Program-made: the position numbers and the translations under genes
The notes under the pieces: model-generated
What the model was told of the DNA's origin: nothing
The model's database searches: none
What the model saw: the letters and a program-made list of their open reading frames with translations, nothing else
Assembly (NCBI RefSeq): GCF_000142905.1
Contig: NW_013657634.1
Span: 124,001 to 188,000, forward strand
Direction of reading: 5' to 3'
From: Thecamonas trahens ATCC 50062
Taxonomy: Eukaryota; Protista; Apusomonadida
Length of the DNA: 64,000 nucleotides
Shown: piece by piece, positions 23,167-33,701 of the stretch
Numbering within the stretch: the first letter of the stretch is position 1
How the letters are laid out: each line of letters opens with the position of its first letter

Positions 23167-25104
23167 TCAGGTGTGGAGCCACTGGCCGACGCCGGTGACT
23201 TGGAGAAGCGGAAAGAGGGAGGAGATGACAAGCGAGGCGGCGCCGGGAAGATCGGCCGAGTTGAGCGAAGTGACGTTGGGCGAGACTGTTGCAATGCGCC
23301 GGAGGGCGCGAACGCCGAGGCCGCGCGCGCCAGAGAGGTTGAGTGTGGTGATGCGATTGGGACGAGAAGCGTCAACACCGTTGAGCGCGTTGTCGTCGAG
23401 ATCCAGGCAGTTTGAGATGTCGAGATCAGTGAGGAGAGGGAGCGCAGTGAAGACCAACGGGAGAATGTCGTTGTCGATGTGAGTTCCATGGAGGTCGAGC
23501 GAGTGGAGGAATCGCGCAGGCTGCGAGGCGAGGACCTCGACGAGGTCGGACGAGCGGAGAGAGAGCCACGGTAGCGCAAGCTTGGTCGGCTTGCTCACGT
23601 ACGCCGGAAAGACGCTTGGCAGAATCCACGAGACGTCGTCAATAGTCTCTTCACAGCCTGCGATGTGGAGCTCACGGAGATGGCTCGTCCGCCATCGCAG
23701 CAGCGCAAGCCGGGTCAGGTTCTTGGCATCGATGCGGAGGCCGACAAGGTTGACGCAGTTGCGACCGATGGCCGAAACCATGCCGACATTGTGCTCAAGC
23801 GGAAGCAGCGCCCGATTGTAAGCCGCCACATGCGTCAGCGACGCCGCGGCGCCGAATCCGAGCTTGAGATCTTCAAAACCGATGCCGGTAAAGCCGCCGC
23901 AGTCAACCACTGCGATGCGGGCGAGCCTGACCGAGGCGAGGAGCGTGCCGACGACCTCGTCGGCCAGATGGGCGAGGCCCGAGAGCGAAACGCTCCGCAG
24001 ACGGTCCAGGTGTGGTGTTGTGAGGAGCGAAGACCAGTTGGCGCCCGTCAGGCGGCCAGCAATCACCAGCCGCGACAGCGCGCCCGACCCGCCGATGACG
24101 CCAACCACGTCTTCGTGTGAGAGTTCCGAGACCATGGCAACGTTGAGGACCCGCAGCCGCGTACCGGCGAGTGCCAGTGGCGCCAGCGCGCCCGGGCCAA
24201 GGTGCGAGCACTTGCGCAGCGTGAGCGAGGTCAGGTTTGGGGCATGGGCGGCAATAGCGGCGACGCCGTCGTTGGTGATCGGGAGAAACGAGGCGTCAAG
24301 GATCCGGAGTGCTGGCGCGCCGGATAGCACAGCCAACATGCACTCATCGCCCATGCACATACAGCCGGCAATAACAAGGTTTGTCAGTCGCGGCAGGCTT
24401 GCGGCGGCAAAGCCGGCCCCAGTCACGGCGGTCCTCGCTACGCAGAGGCTGATGAGACCGGTGGCGGCAGCAAGGAGCGCAGCAAGTCCGTCGTTGGAGA
24501 GCCCCCGACAGGCCGCTAGATCAAGGACTCGCAGTGAAGCGGCATGGTTCGGGTCAAACGACGAGAACTTGGTGGAGACTGAGCCGGTGACTGCAACCTG
24601 CACCAGATTGCCGCCACCGGCGGCAAGAAGAAGGCCGAGCTCACAGTTGAGCCCGCGGGTGTTGCGGAGCGAGATCGAGCGAAGCGAGCCATTAAGCGCC
24701 TGTACAACCTGTACAATGCCGAGCTTGGGCACTGATGGATCTGGCGGTCCGTCGTAAAAGGCGGCAAAGCCGAGACAAGAGTCGAGCGTCAGTGCCTCCA
24801 GCCGTGGACATGCAGCCGGGAGAGAGCCGAGCAGGGCAAATGAGACGGTGCGTTCCGAGAGATCCAGGCGGCGGAGCGAGGATCGGGCGGCGAGAAAATC
24901 CATCAGGCGCTGCGGCGGCAGAGCTGGCGGTGGGCGAACAGTATGCACAAGGGTGGCAAGGAGGTACGGGTCAGTGGCGGCGGTGTGGAGGGCGGTACAG
25001 GTGGCCGAGGCCGCAGCAAGGTCCCACACGTCTAGGAACGAGAGGATGGTGCAAAGCAGCTCTGAGGGGAGCGTAAGCAAGGGAGTGGCGGTGGTGGAAG
25101 CCAT
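23167..25104 (-). CDS. F-box/leucine-rich repeat (FBXL-type) protein
   Basis: F-box LLTLPSELLCTILSFLDVWDLAAASATCTALHTAATDPYL followed by Cys-containing LRRs. Confidence 0.9.
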   Translation of the reverse strand: MASTTATPLLTLPSELLCTILSFLDVWDLAAASATCTALHTAATDPYLLATLVHTVRPPPALPPQRLMDFLAARSSLRRLDLSERTVSFALLGSLPAACPRLEALTLDSCLGFAAFYDGPPDPSVPKLGIVQVVQALNGSLRSISLRNTRGLNCELGLLLAAGGGNLVQVAVTGSVSTKFSSFDPNHAASLRVLDLAACRGLSNDGLAALLAAATGLISLCVARTAVTGAGFAAASLPRLTNLVIAGCMCMGDECMLAVLSGAPALRILDASFLPITNDGVAAIAAHAPNLTSLTLRKCSHLGPGALAPLALAGTRLRVLNVAMVSELSHEDVVGVIGGSGALSRLVIAGRLTGANWSSLLTTPHLDRLRSVSLSGLAHLADEVVGTLLASVRLARIAVVDCGGFTGIGFEDLKLGFGAAASLTHVAAYNRALLPLEHNVGMVSAIGRNCVNLVGLRIDAKNLTRLALLRWRTSHLRELHIAGCEETIDDVSWILPSVFPAYVSKPTKLALPWLSLRSSDLVEVLASQPARFLHSLDLHGTHIDNDILPLVFTALPLLTDLDISNCLDLDDNALNGVDASRPNRITTLNLSGARGLGVRALRRIATVSPNVTSLNSADLPGAASLVISSLFPLLQVTGVGQWLHT

Positions 25105-25189
25105 GGCGGAGTAAGGTGGGGATGGCTGGTGAGAACCTTCCGAGTGGAAGGTGGGTGGGCGAGGAGCCGGCGTGCGGCCGGCTGGCTGG

Positions 25190-26323
25190 CTAGGAGCGCT
25201 GACTCGACTTTGAAGCGGTGTGGGCGATGCGCTCAAGATCGACGTCGTTGAGGGCGGCAAGAAGATTGGCGGCAGAATCACGGCGGACCATGCGGGGCAA
25301 TGAGTGAGATGGGGTGGATGGTGGGTCGGGTAGAGTCGGTTTTGAAGAGTGTGTCGAGCGAGTGGAGATGGAGGGTGGCGGTGCAGCGGCCGACGCAGTA
25401 GTGGATGGAGGCAGCAACGGGCCAACAGGGGGAGGAAGGTACGGCCGCGAGGTGCAGAGAACTTCGGCAACTGGAAACGGGTTGTGGATTGGTCGCCGCT
25501 TGCGCTTGGCCGGCGATCGCGGTGGGGATGAGCGCTCGAGTGAGGCTGTCACTGACGCGCCGTTGCTGTCGCCGGTCCGCGCTGTCGGATGTGGCGGTGG
25601 AGGTGGGGGAACAACGTCAAAATGGCCGGCAGCAATAGGGTACGGCGGCGAGGGTGGCAAGAGCGGCATGATTGAGTCGGTGCAGTCGTCGAGGTTAAGA
25701 TCGCCGTTGGCCGTGGCAGTGATGGTGTCCAGAAAGCCCATCGGGCGGTGGCGCTTGGCGCGGCGATCAATGCCTTCGTCGTCCGAGTGGTACATGGCTT
25801 CGGAGAAGAACAAGTCGTGCGAGGGAGTGATAAAGTCGAGAGGAGTTGAGGGTGGGACAAGCGCGGCGATGGTCTCGAACGCCTCGCTGGCCTTGTCGGT
25901 GCCGGGCTGGCTGCCGAGGTGGCGCAACAGAGTCGCCATCTTGTCGAGGACGGCAGCGTGTGAGGTCGCGCGCCGGGCCGATGCGGTGTAGCTCTCCAAC
26001 AGGGCTTCCAGCGTGACCCTGGGCACCTCGACGTTGCTCCCGGCGCGAATCAGGGCCATGCCCTCGGTCTCGAGCATCTGACGAGTCTTGTGCAGCCCAG
26101 CATCCGTCAGCCACTCGAGGACCAGGACCGCCACCACGTCGCGCAGCTTGCCGACTGTACTCGCTTGCCTTGTGCCCTCTGTCGCTTCTGTGCTCGTCCC
26201 TCCCGCCTCGCTCTCGGCCCTCGCTCCGCCTTTTTCACCCGAGCTTGTCCTTCCGACGCCCGAGCCACTCGCTCTGCCACCAGCACTCGGTGCGCCACTG
26301 CTCTCGGCATTGTTGGACCTCAT
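25190..26323 (-). CDS. LisH-motif nuclear protein (N-terminus resembles NPAT)
   Basis: DVVAVLVLEWLTDAGLHKTRQMLETE (LisH-like) then TLEALLESY; basic AKRKRR motif. Confidence 0.5.
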   Translation of the reverse strand: MRSNNAESSGAPSAGGRASGSGVGRTSSGEKGGARAESEAGGTSTEATEGTRQASTVGKLRDVVAVLVLEWLTDAGLHKTRQMLETEGMALIRAGSNVEVPRVTLEALLESYTASARRATSHAAVLDKMATLLRHLGSQPGTDKASEAFETIAALVPPSTPLDFITPSHDLFFSEAMYHSDDEGIDRRAKRHRPMGFLDTITATANGDLNLDDCTDSIMPLLPPSPPYPIAAGHFDVVPPPPPPHPTARTGDSNGASVTASLERSSPPRSPAKRKRRPIHNPFPVAEVLCTSRPYLPPPVGPLLPPSTTASAAAPPPSISTRSTHSSKPTLPDPPSTPSHSLPRMVRRDSAANLLAALNDVDLERIAHTASKSSQRS

Positions 26324-26538
26324 CTTGGAGAGAGTGACGGGAAGCTGTTCTGAGGTGTGCGACAAGTATCTCACTCTCGTTGCACACTCTTCCTCTTGCG
26401 CCTTGCGCTCGTCCCTATCGTAGCCCTCGGCAAGTGCCGTGCTTGAACTTTGTCTTTGGCTGGTCTTCGGCTGGTCCTCACCGGCATCGACTCGGTGCCA
26501 AACCACGACCTTTTTTTGGGGAGCCATTGCCTGCAAGC

Positions 26539-27465
26539 ATGGCAGCTCTGAAGAGAACATCCAACTTTCGCAAGCGGAGGCGGTCGGTGCTTGAAGAGGA
26601 CGATGTGCCCGAGTATCCTGGAGGCTCATCGACAGGGCTGACACTCGAGCTGGGCGAGCTTAATCTCGGCACCAGTCTGGTGGAGCCGAGGAGCCCGCGG
26701 CGTAGACGGACAACAGCAGGGGCATCGCTCGACATTTCGGACGACGACGAGGAAGCGACGGGTGGGGACAGAAACGGCGGAGCTGATGTCGAGTCAAGAT
26801 TCGATGCCGATGCCGAGTTTGGCTTCTCGCAATCGCAGGGCTCATGCCCGATGGATATGACAGCGTTCTCGCCGGAGCGCGGCAGCGGGCTAGCGCCCGT
26901 GGCTGAGGAGCCGGAAGCGGTCCGGCCGCAGCCTGTGGTTGCGGACACACCGCAGCTTGCGCGCCTTCCGTCGCTCTCGGCCGAAGTCAACACGACGTGC
27001 ATCCTGGTGTACGGCCTGGTCTTCGCGGTCCCGCTCAAGAAGCTGCTCGGGCGGCCGCAGCCTGTGGAAGGTGCGCTGCAGAGCGTGCGGCGGACCCGGA
27101 GCGGGCGGGTGTTCTTTGGCGAGAGCGACGACGTTCACCGGTACTGGATGAATAAGTGGCTGCGGGCGAATGGGGTGAAGCGGCCGGAGCGGCTCTCGTT
27201 TGCCAAGCGTGAGAAGAAGCTGCGTGCGCTCAAGGTGGAGGTGGGCGAGTGGGGCGACACCACCCACGGTGAGCATGGCACGTACATCGCGCTCTACACC
27301 CACTCATACACGTTCCACGATCCCAAGGCCTGGGACTGGCGGCTGTGCGCCAAGGTCGAGGCCATGACCAAGGCCAAGGCGCTGGGTAAGCTCACAGCGT
27401 TCTGCGCCGAGTTTGGGCTGACAGCGGCGGCGCCGGCGTGGCACACGGTCGGTTATCGGTGGTAA
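26539..27465 (+). CDS. Hypothetical protein (disordered N-half, globular C-half)
   Basis: Long ORF with coding-like codon bias, divergent from the LisH gene. Confidence 0.6.
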   Translation: MAALKRTSNFRKRRRSVLEEDDVPEYPGGSSTGLTLELGELNLGTSLVEPRSPRRRRTTAGASLDISDDDEEATGGDRNGGADVESRFDADAEFGFSQSQGSCPMDMTAFSPERGSGLAPVAEEPEAVRPQPVVADTPQLARLPSLSAEVNTTCILVYGLVFAVPLKKLLGRPQPVEGALQSVRRTRSGRVFFGESDDVHRYWMNKWLRANGVKRPERLSFAKREKKLRALKVEVGEWGDTTHGEHGTYIALYTHSYTFHDPKAWDWRLCAKVEAMTKAKALGKLTAFCAEFGLTAAAPAWHTVGYRW

Positions 27466-27490
27466 AGATGGGCAGGGTAGGGCGCCGGCT

Positions 27491-28544
27491 TTATTGGCCA
27501 AGCGACGAGAGGACAAGCTCTTGACAGAAGGCACGCTTGGCAGCAGAACGCTTGGCAGCAGCCGAGTCGTCGTCGACCAGTGCGCGGCGGAGGCGGACCG
27601 GGCGGAGCGACGGAGACGCGGCCGTGATACGAGACTGTCCGCGCAAGGCAGCGGTGCGCGATGAATCCGACTTGCGCTGCGAGCCGCGACTACGACCACG
27701 ACCGAGGGTATGGCTACGGCCTCGGCCGCGCGGGCTGAAGCTGGCGTCCGAGTCTCCGGAGAATCGGTTCTTCTTCCGGACCTCGCGGCGCGAGTTGTCT
27801 GCCGAGCCGAAGCCGTTGTCGCGTGAGCGGCGGCGGGCGCGGGCTGGGTTGGACGGCGGGCCGCGGCGGCCGCTGCCACGCGAGCCGCCGCGACGGCCAC
27901 TTCCAGGAGCTCTCCCGCCGCTGGCAGCGGCAGCAAGCTCAAGAAAGGCGTGGGGGTTATTGGATATGCCCCAAGGCGGGTGTTCGTCGATACCCGAGAG
28001 CTCACGGGTGGCATGGCCAAACGAGCCGAGCATCGACGACGCCGACGGCGGCGAGTCTGAGCGGCGCGGACGCCGCGAGCCAAAGAGACTAGAGCCGAAG
28101 CTGCCACCAAAAAAAAAAAACACGCCCGCCACCACGCCCGCCGCCACGCCCGCCACCACGCCCGCCACCACGCCCGCCGCCGCGACCGCCGCCGCGACCG
28201 CCGCCGCGACCGCCGCTACTGCGCCTGCCGCGTGAGCTGAACGAGGCCGACAGCGGCGAGGCGTCCGAGTGAAGGGCAGGCATGGCAGAAGAGGACCAGG
28301 ATGACGGAGGTGAAGCCGAGAGCGTGTGCGCGATACGCTCGAGCATGGAGCTGGGGTCTGCTACCATGAGTGCCTCTGCATCGCCCTCATCACCACCGGC
28401 AGCCAGAAGGTCACCAACGTCAACGTAAGACTCGCCGTCGTCAGCCTCGCTCTCCGCCACCGCCGCCACAAACATCTCCGCCATATCCGACGGCACAATC
28501 ACAAGCTCTGCCGCTCCAGGAGACGATGATGGTCTCCGGATCAT
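27491..28544 (-). CDS. Hypothetical RGG-box/Arg-Ser-rich protein; probably one gene frameshifted at the T12 run (about 28109-28120)
   Basis: Acidic N-part, then (GGGR)n repeat, continuing as GGSFGSSLFGSRRPRR in the adjacent frame across a homopolymer. Confidence 0.45.
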
Positions 28545-28911
28545 GTTGGTGGAAGGGAATGAGGAGGGGGGAGGGGGGAAGGGGGGAGGGGGGAAGGGGA
28601 AGGGGGAGGGTGGAGGGGAAGGGGGAGGGAGGGAGGGAGGGTGTGTGGGTGTGTATGGTGTTGTGGTTGTGGTGGCTGTGGGACGAGGAGTGTGTATGTA
28701 TTGGTGTGTATGAGCGTGTGTGCGTGTGTGTGCGTGTGGGTGTGTGGGTGGGTGTGTGGGTGTGTGGGTGTGTGCGGTGTGCCTGTGTCCGTGTCGCTGT
28801 CGCTCTGTCGCTGTGGCTGAAAGTACCTAGTGTGCGACTCGGTGGCTGGCAGACGCTGCTGGTGGCGACTGTGACGGCAGGCCGACAACCATCACATTGC
28901 CTGATGACTGC

Positions 28912-28986
28912 TGGCTCGTTGGCTCGTTGGCTCGTTGGCTCTTTGACTCGTTGGCTCTTTGGCTCTTTGGCGCGTTGGCTCGTTGA
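28912..28986. repeat. 8-bp tandem repeat (TTGGCTCG/TTGGCTCT, about 9 copies) in a divergent intergenic region
   Basis: Read directly, about 130 bp upstream of the cyclase ATG. Confidence 0.85.
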
Positions 28987-29114
28987 TGGGTTGGCTGTGG
29001 CTCTGCCTGGCGGGCGCTGCCAGTGTGTGTATTGCTCGCGCATTGCTCGGATGTTGCTCGCTTGAGAATACCCCTCCTCCACACCTCCCCTCCACCCGCC
29101 ACCCCCTCTTGCAT

Positions 29115-32089
29115 ATGTCCTCGCCTCCTCCTCCACATGGCCAACTCCTCAACTATGACCCAATAGCTCCGTCTCCTAGTGTCGGCGACTTTCCTGTCAT
29201 GCACCAGCACCAGCACCAGCTCCAACAGCAGCACCAGCAGCACCAGCAGCACCAGCCGGTGCCGTCCACACAGACGCCATCGGCATCGGCAAGCTCGCCA
29301 AGGACAACAACACGGACGCCGCCGCCGCCTGTGACCATCCCTGTCGTGTCCATGTCAGACCAGGCTGTGCTGGCTGGCGTGGCGCAGGCATCGTCGCCAT
29401 CGGCGCTGCGGACAGAGGCCATCGGGTTTCCCCTCGGCGACGCCTCGGCCCGCATCGCTGCTCTCACCCAGCAGGTCACCCGCCTCCAGCGGACTGTCGT
29501 CCGCCAGCAGGAGATCATCTCTACACTGTCGGCGTCGCGGGGCGGCGATCGCGGGAGCGACGTATCAACGGCTAGTGGAGCCATCAGCGGTGATGGCGGA
29601 GCAGTGAGCGTCGAGGATGTGCCGTCCGAGTACGCGGTCATGGCCGAGTCACCAGCAGCGGCATCCGAGGCGTTGCTGTTTGCCTCGCGCTCGGTCGCGC
29701 GCAACCGGTCTATTTCGGGCGTGATCAACACCATCATGTCGCGGTGCCGGCAGCTGATCGGGTCGGACGTGGTCAACTTTTTCATTCTTGACCACAAAAC
29801 CCACGAGCTGTGGTCGGAGACCTCGCGCGGAGTGGACGAGATCCGGTTTCCCATCACCGCAGGCATCGCCGGTTACGTGGCCCGGACCGGCAAAGTGGTC
29901 AACATCGACGACGCATACACCTCGCCGTTTTTCAATCCCGAGTTTGATCGCAAGACTCGGTTCCGCACCGGCTCGGTCCTCTGCCTCCCGGTCCGCGACG
30001 CCGACGGCGAGATCCTCGGCGTGGCGCAAGCCATCAACAAGCACGGCGCCCGTTCGTTCTCCCAGGCTGACATCGACCTCATCCACGCCTTTACCGCCCA
30101 GGTCTCAGTCTCGATCTACAACGCCATTTACATCGACAAGCTCAACACGCTCCTCACCCATCAGTCGACCGCGCCGGAGCGCGAGGCCGCCGACCTCGCC
30201 GCCATTCTCCCGGACATCCTCACCACTGCCGCAGACGTCCTTGAGGTCCCGGACATCCGCGTCTTTCTGCTGGAGCGCTCGCTCGCCTCGGGCCTCGACC
30301 TCGAGTCGGACGCGCCGCCGACGGACGTCCCGCCGTCGGACGCCCAGCGTCTGGTGGCGCCGATTCCGGTCCCGCTCGCGCTCGGCTCGGGCTCGGGCTC
30401 GCTGCCGGCCTCGCACGTTGCTTTCCCGGCCTCGCATGGCCTTTCGGGCGTTGCTCTCGCCGAGCGGCGGACCGTTTGCCTCGCCGCGGTCTCACACGAG
30501 CCACTCTATGAGCCGTACCTAGAGGGTCCGCCGCTGGCCTCGTCGTTCATTGCCACACCGCTGCTCGACGGGCAGGGTCGCGCAGTCGGCGTACTCACTG
30601 CCGCCAACAAGTTTGGCGCCCGCAACTTTTCGTCTGGCGACCGCATGCTTGTACAGTACGTTGCCAATCGAATCGAGGGCATTGTCCAGCACTGCCGGCT
30701 TCTCTCGCAGGTTGTCGGCTCGGAGCGCCTTCTCCGCAACATTGTGCACTCGCTCGACCAGGTCCTGCTCATTCTTGACGACTCGGGCCGGCTTGTCCTC
30801 TCCAACCATCGCAAGCAGACCGCCAAGCTCTTCCCCAACACAACCATGGCGGCGCTCCGCTCCTCACACTACTCGGCATGGATGGACGTCGACGAGATGC
30901 GCGCTGCCGTCGACGCCGTCCTCGACTCTGGCGTGTCGCAGGAGGCTGTCGACGTCGACGTTCGTGGCGCAGGCACCACCATCATCTCGTTCCGCGCCTC
31001 GCTCCTCCGCGAGGCTGACGGCGCCGTCCGTGGTGTCGCTATTCTCATTGACGACGTCACTGTCGAGCGAAGCGTGAGATCACCCTCAACCGCTACCTCT
31101 CTCCGGCGGTGGCGAGCAAGGTGCTTGCAGACGAGTCGGCCACCATCTCGCCAATCAACACCCCGAGCCACGCCGTCCGCTCGCGTGCGTCAATGACCCA
31201 GCCCGAGTGGGCCACCGCCACGGTGCTTTTTGCAGACATCATCGGCTTCTCATCCATGGCCGAGTCAATGGACGCTCCGCACGTCGTGGCGCTCCTCAAC
31301 GACTACTTCCCGCCCATGATCGACGTCGTCCTCGAGCGTGGCGGCGTGCTCGACAAGCTCATCGGCGACTGCGTCATGGCTACCTTTGGCGTCCCCTACC
31401 CTACGCCTACAGACGCTGTCGACGCTGTCGACGCCGCGCTCGACATGCTCGACAGCATCGATGCCTTCAACATCCGCCGCTGCCGCGACGGACTCGACTC
31501 GGTCCAGGTCGGCATCGGCCTCCACACTGGGAAGGTTGTCGCTGGTAACATCGGCTCACTCGACCGCATGGACTACACCGTTGTGGGCGACAATGTCAAT
31601 CTCGCGTCGCGAACGGAGATGCTGACCCGGACCTACGGCGTCCCGCTGCTCGTCACCGAGGCCACCCTTTCCGCTGCCGGCCTCCCGCTCGAGACCGGGG
31701 GCGCCGACGACCCAAGCCCGTCGCCGGACAAGCTTGTCCGCCTTGTTGACCGCGTACGGGTCAAGGGCAAGACCACCACGGTCCGGGTCTTCCAGGTTGC
31801 CCGCACCAAGCCATCGGTCCGTGACATGTTTGCAGGCTACACCAGCGCGTACAAAGCGTACCAGTCGCGCGAGTTTGATGCGGCGCAGCAAGCGTTTGCC
31901 CGGCTCGCCGAGGACCACGACGATCGGCCGTCGGCTGTCATGGCTGCACGGGCCAGCCACTTTGCGGCTGCCCTCGCGGCTGCGTCCGAGGCGGGCGCCG
32001 ACCCGGCTGATGCGGCAGCGGCACGTTCTGGTGCACTCGCAGCAGCAGGGTGGAACGGCGGCGTCTGGGTCATGACCTCCAAGTTTTAA
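29115..32089 (+). CDS. Soluble class IIIb adenylyl cyclase, GAF-GAF-PAS-cyclase-TPR (CyaB-like); frameshift near 31077
   Basis: GAF GIAGYVARTGKVVNIDDAY...FNPEFDRKTRFRTGSVLCLPV...AINK...FS..D; second GAF ANKFG..NFS..D; PAS; catalytic LFADIIGFS, DKLIGDCVMA, GIGLHTG and RMDYTVVGDNVNLASR. Confidence 0.92.
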
Positions 32090-32098
32090 GGCGTCAGC

Positions 32099-33628
32099 TC
32101 AACCGTCGAGCGCGGCGCGCAGCTCCCGCGAGACCGCATCGGGTGGCGCAGCGCCCTTTGTGGCCTTCATGACATGGGCAACCAGGAAACCAAGCGCACG
32201 CTTGTTGCCCGACTTGTACTTGGCAACAGCGTCCGGATGGGCGGCAAGCGCGTCGGCGCACAGTGCGCTCAACGAGTCTGCCGCCAGCGGCGCGAGGCGC
32301 CAGCCGCGGGCGTCGAGAACGGCGTCGACGGCGGCAGGGCTTGCCTCACGCTCGCCGGCTCGATGCAGCTCAAGAAAGACGCTGCGCGCGACCTTGCGCG
32401 AGACCTCGTTGCTCGCTACTAGCTCAAAGATGCGCGCCAGGACGCTCGGGCGGACCACTGCGTCGGCCATGGATGGTTGCGGCGCGCCGCCGAGCCGGCC
32501 GTAGTACTCATTGACAATAAAGTCTGCAACCGGCGCAGCCGCCGCCGCCGGCGAAGCCGCAAGCGTCTCCTCAAAGAACGCCACCGCGCCATCGACCTCG
32601 AGAAGTCGCGCCGCCTTGGCCTCGTCGAGCGCATACTCGGCGATGAGGCGGTCGAGGGTGGCAAACGGAAGCTCCGGCAGGGCAGTGCGGGCTGCGGCAA
32701 TCTCGGCCGGCGAGACGCGCAGCGGCCGGAGGTCCGGGTCCGGGAAGAACCGGTAGTCGGTCTGGCTTTCCTTGGTCCGCAGCCGGTAGGTCGACGAGGT
32801 GCGGGCGTCGTAGCCGCGCGTTTCCATGCCGAGGCTCTCGCCGGCAGCCAGGGCCTCGGACTGGCGCTGGATCTCAAAGGCGATGGCGCGGCCGACAGCC
32901 TTGACCGAGTTCACGTTCTTGATCTCGGAACGGACGCCGAGTGGGGCGTCGCGCGATGCACGGATCGAGACGTTGACGTCGCACCTCAGCGAGCCGTCCT
33001 CCAAATTGCCCGAAGAGACGCCAAGGGCACGGACCAGCATTTGAATGGCGCGGAGGGCAGCCTGTGCGTCCTCGGGCGAGTGCAGGCCAGGGGTGGTGAC
33101 GACCTCGACCAGCGGCATGCCGGCGCGGTTGAGATCCAGCAGGGCGGCGTCCGGGTTGCGGGCGAGGGCGAGCTTGCCCGAGTCCTGCTCGAGCGAGCAG
33201 TAGTCAATGGCGACAGCAGGCGGAGAGACCGATCCGCCAAGAGGCCGCGGGCCAAGAACCAGCTCCCCGCCGCGGATCAGCGGAGCCATGCGCTGTGTGA
33301 TCTGGTAGCCGAGCGGCATGTCTGGGTAGAAGTAGTGCTTGCGGTCAAAGAGCGAGGTGGGGGCGATGGTGCCACCGAGGGCAAGGCCAAGCGAGAGAGC
33401 ATGCGAAACAGCCTCGGCAGAGACCACAGGCAGGGCGCCAGGGAGGCCTGCGTCGAGAGCCGCCACCGCCGTGTTGGGTATGCTTGCCGTCGACGTCGAG
33501 GTGCCGGCGGCCGAGAACAGCTTGCTCGCCGTGGCCAGCTGAACGTGGAACTCTAGGCCCACGTCCACCACCAGCCGCCGCACCACTGTGTGGGGCGGAC
33601 AGGCGAGGCGGGCCCAGGTGCGGAGCAT
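32099..33628 (-). CDS. GATB: Mitochondrial glutamyl-tRNA(Gln) amidotransferase subunit B (GatB/PET112)
   Basis: VGLEFHVQL, FDRKHYFYPDMPLGYQITQ, LDLNRAGMPLVEVV, GSLRCDVNVS, EIKNVNS and DYRFFPDPDL; Arg-rich N-terminal presequence. Confidence 0.95.
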   Translation of the reverse strand: MLRTWARLACPPHTVVRRLVVDVGLEFHVQLATASKLFSAAGTSTSTASIPNTAVAALDAGLPGALPVVSAEAVSHALSLGLALGGTIAPTSLFDRKHYFYPDMPLGYQITQRMAPLIRGGELVLGPRPLGGSVSPPAVAIDYCSLEQDSGKLALARNPDAALLDLNRAGMPLVEVVTTPGLHSPEDAQAALRAIQMLVRALGVSSGNLEDGSLRCDVNVSIRASRDAPLGVRSEIKNVNSVKAVGRAIAFEIQRQSEALAAGESLGMETRGYDARTSSTYRLRTKESQTDYRFFPDPDLRPLRVSPAEIAAARTALPELPFATLDRLIAEYALDEAKAARLLEVDGAVAFFEETLAASPAAAAAPVADFIVNEYYGRLGGAPQPSMADAVVRPSVLARIFELVASNEVSRKVARSVFLELHRAGEREASPAAVDAVLDARGWRLAPLAADSLSALCADALAAHPDAVAKYKSGNKRALGFLVAHVMKATKGAAPPDAVSRELRAALDG

Positions 33629-33701
33629 GGAAGGGGGTGAGGAGGAGGAGGGGGGGGGGGAGGGGGGGGTCGGCTTGTGTCGCGTTGGGTGGGCGTTCAC
33701 T

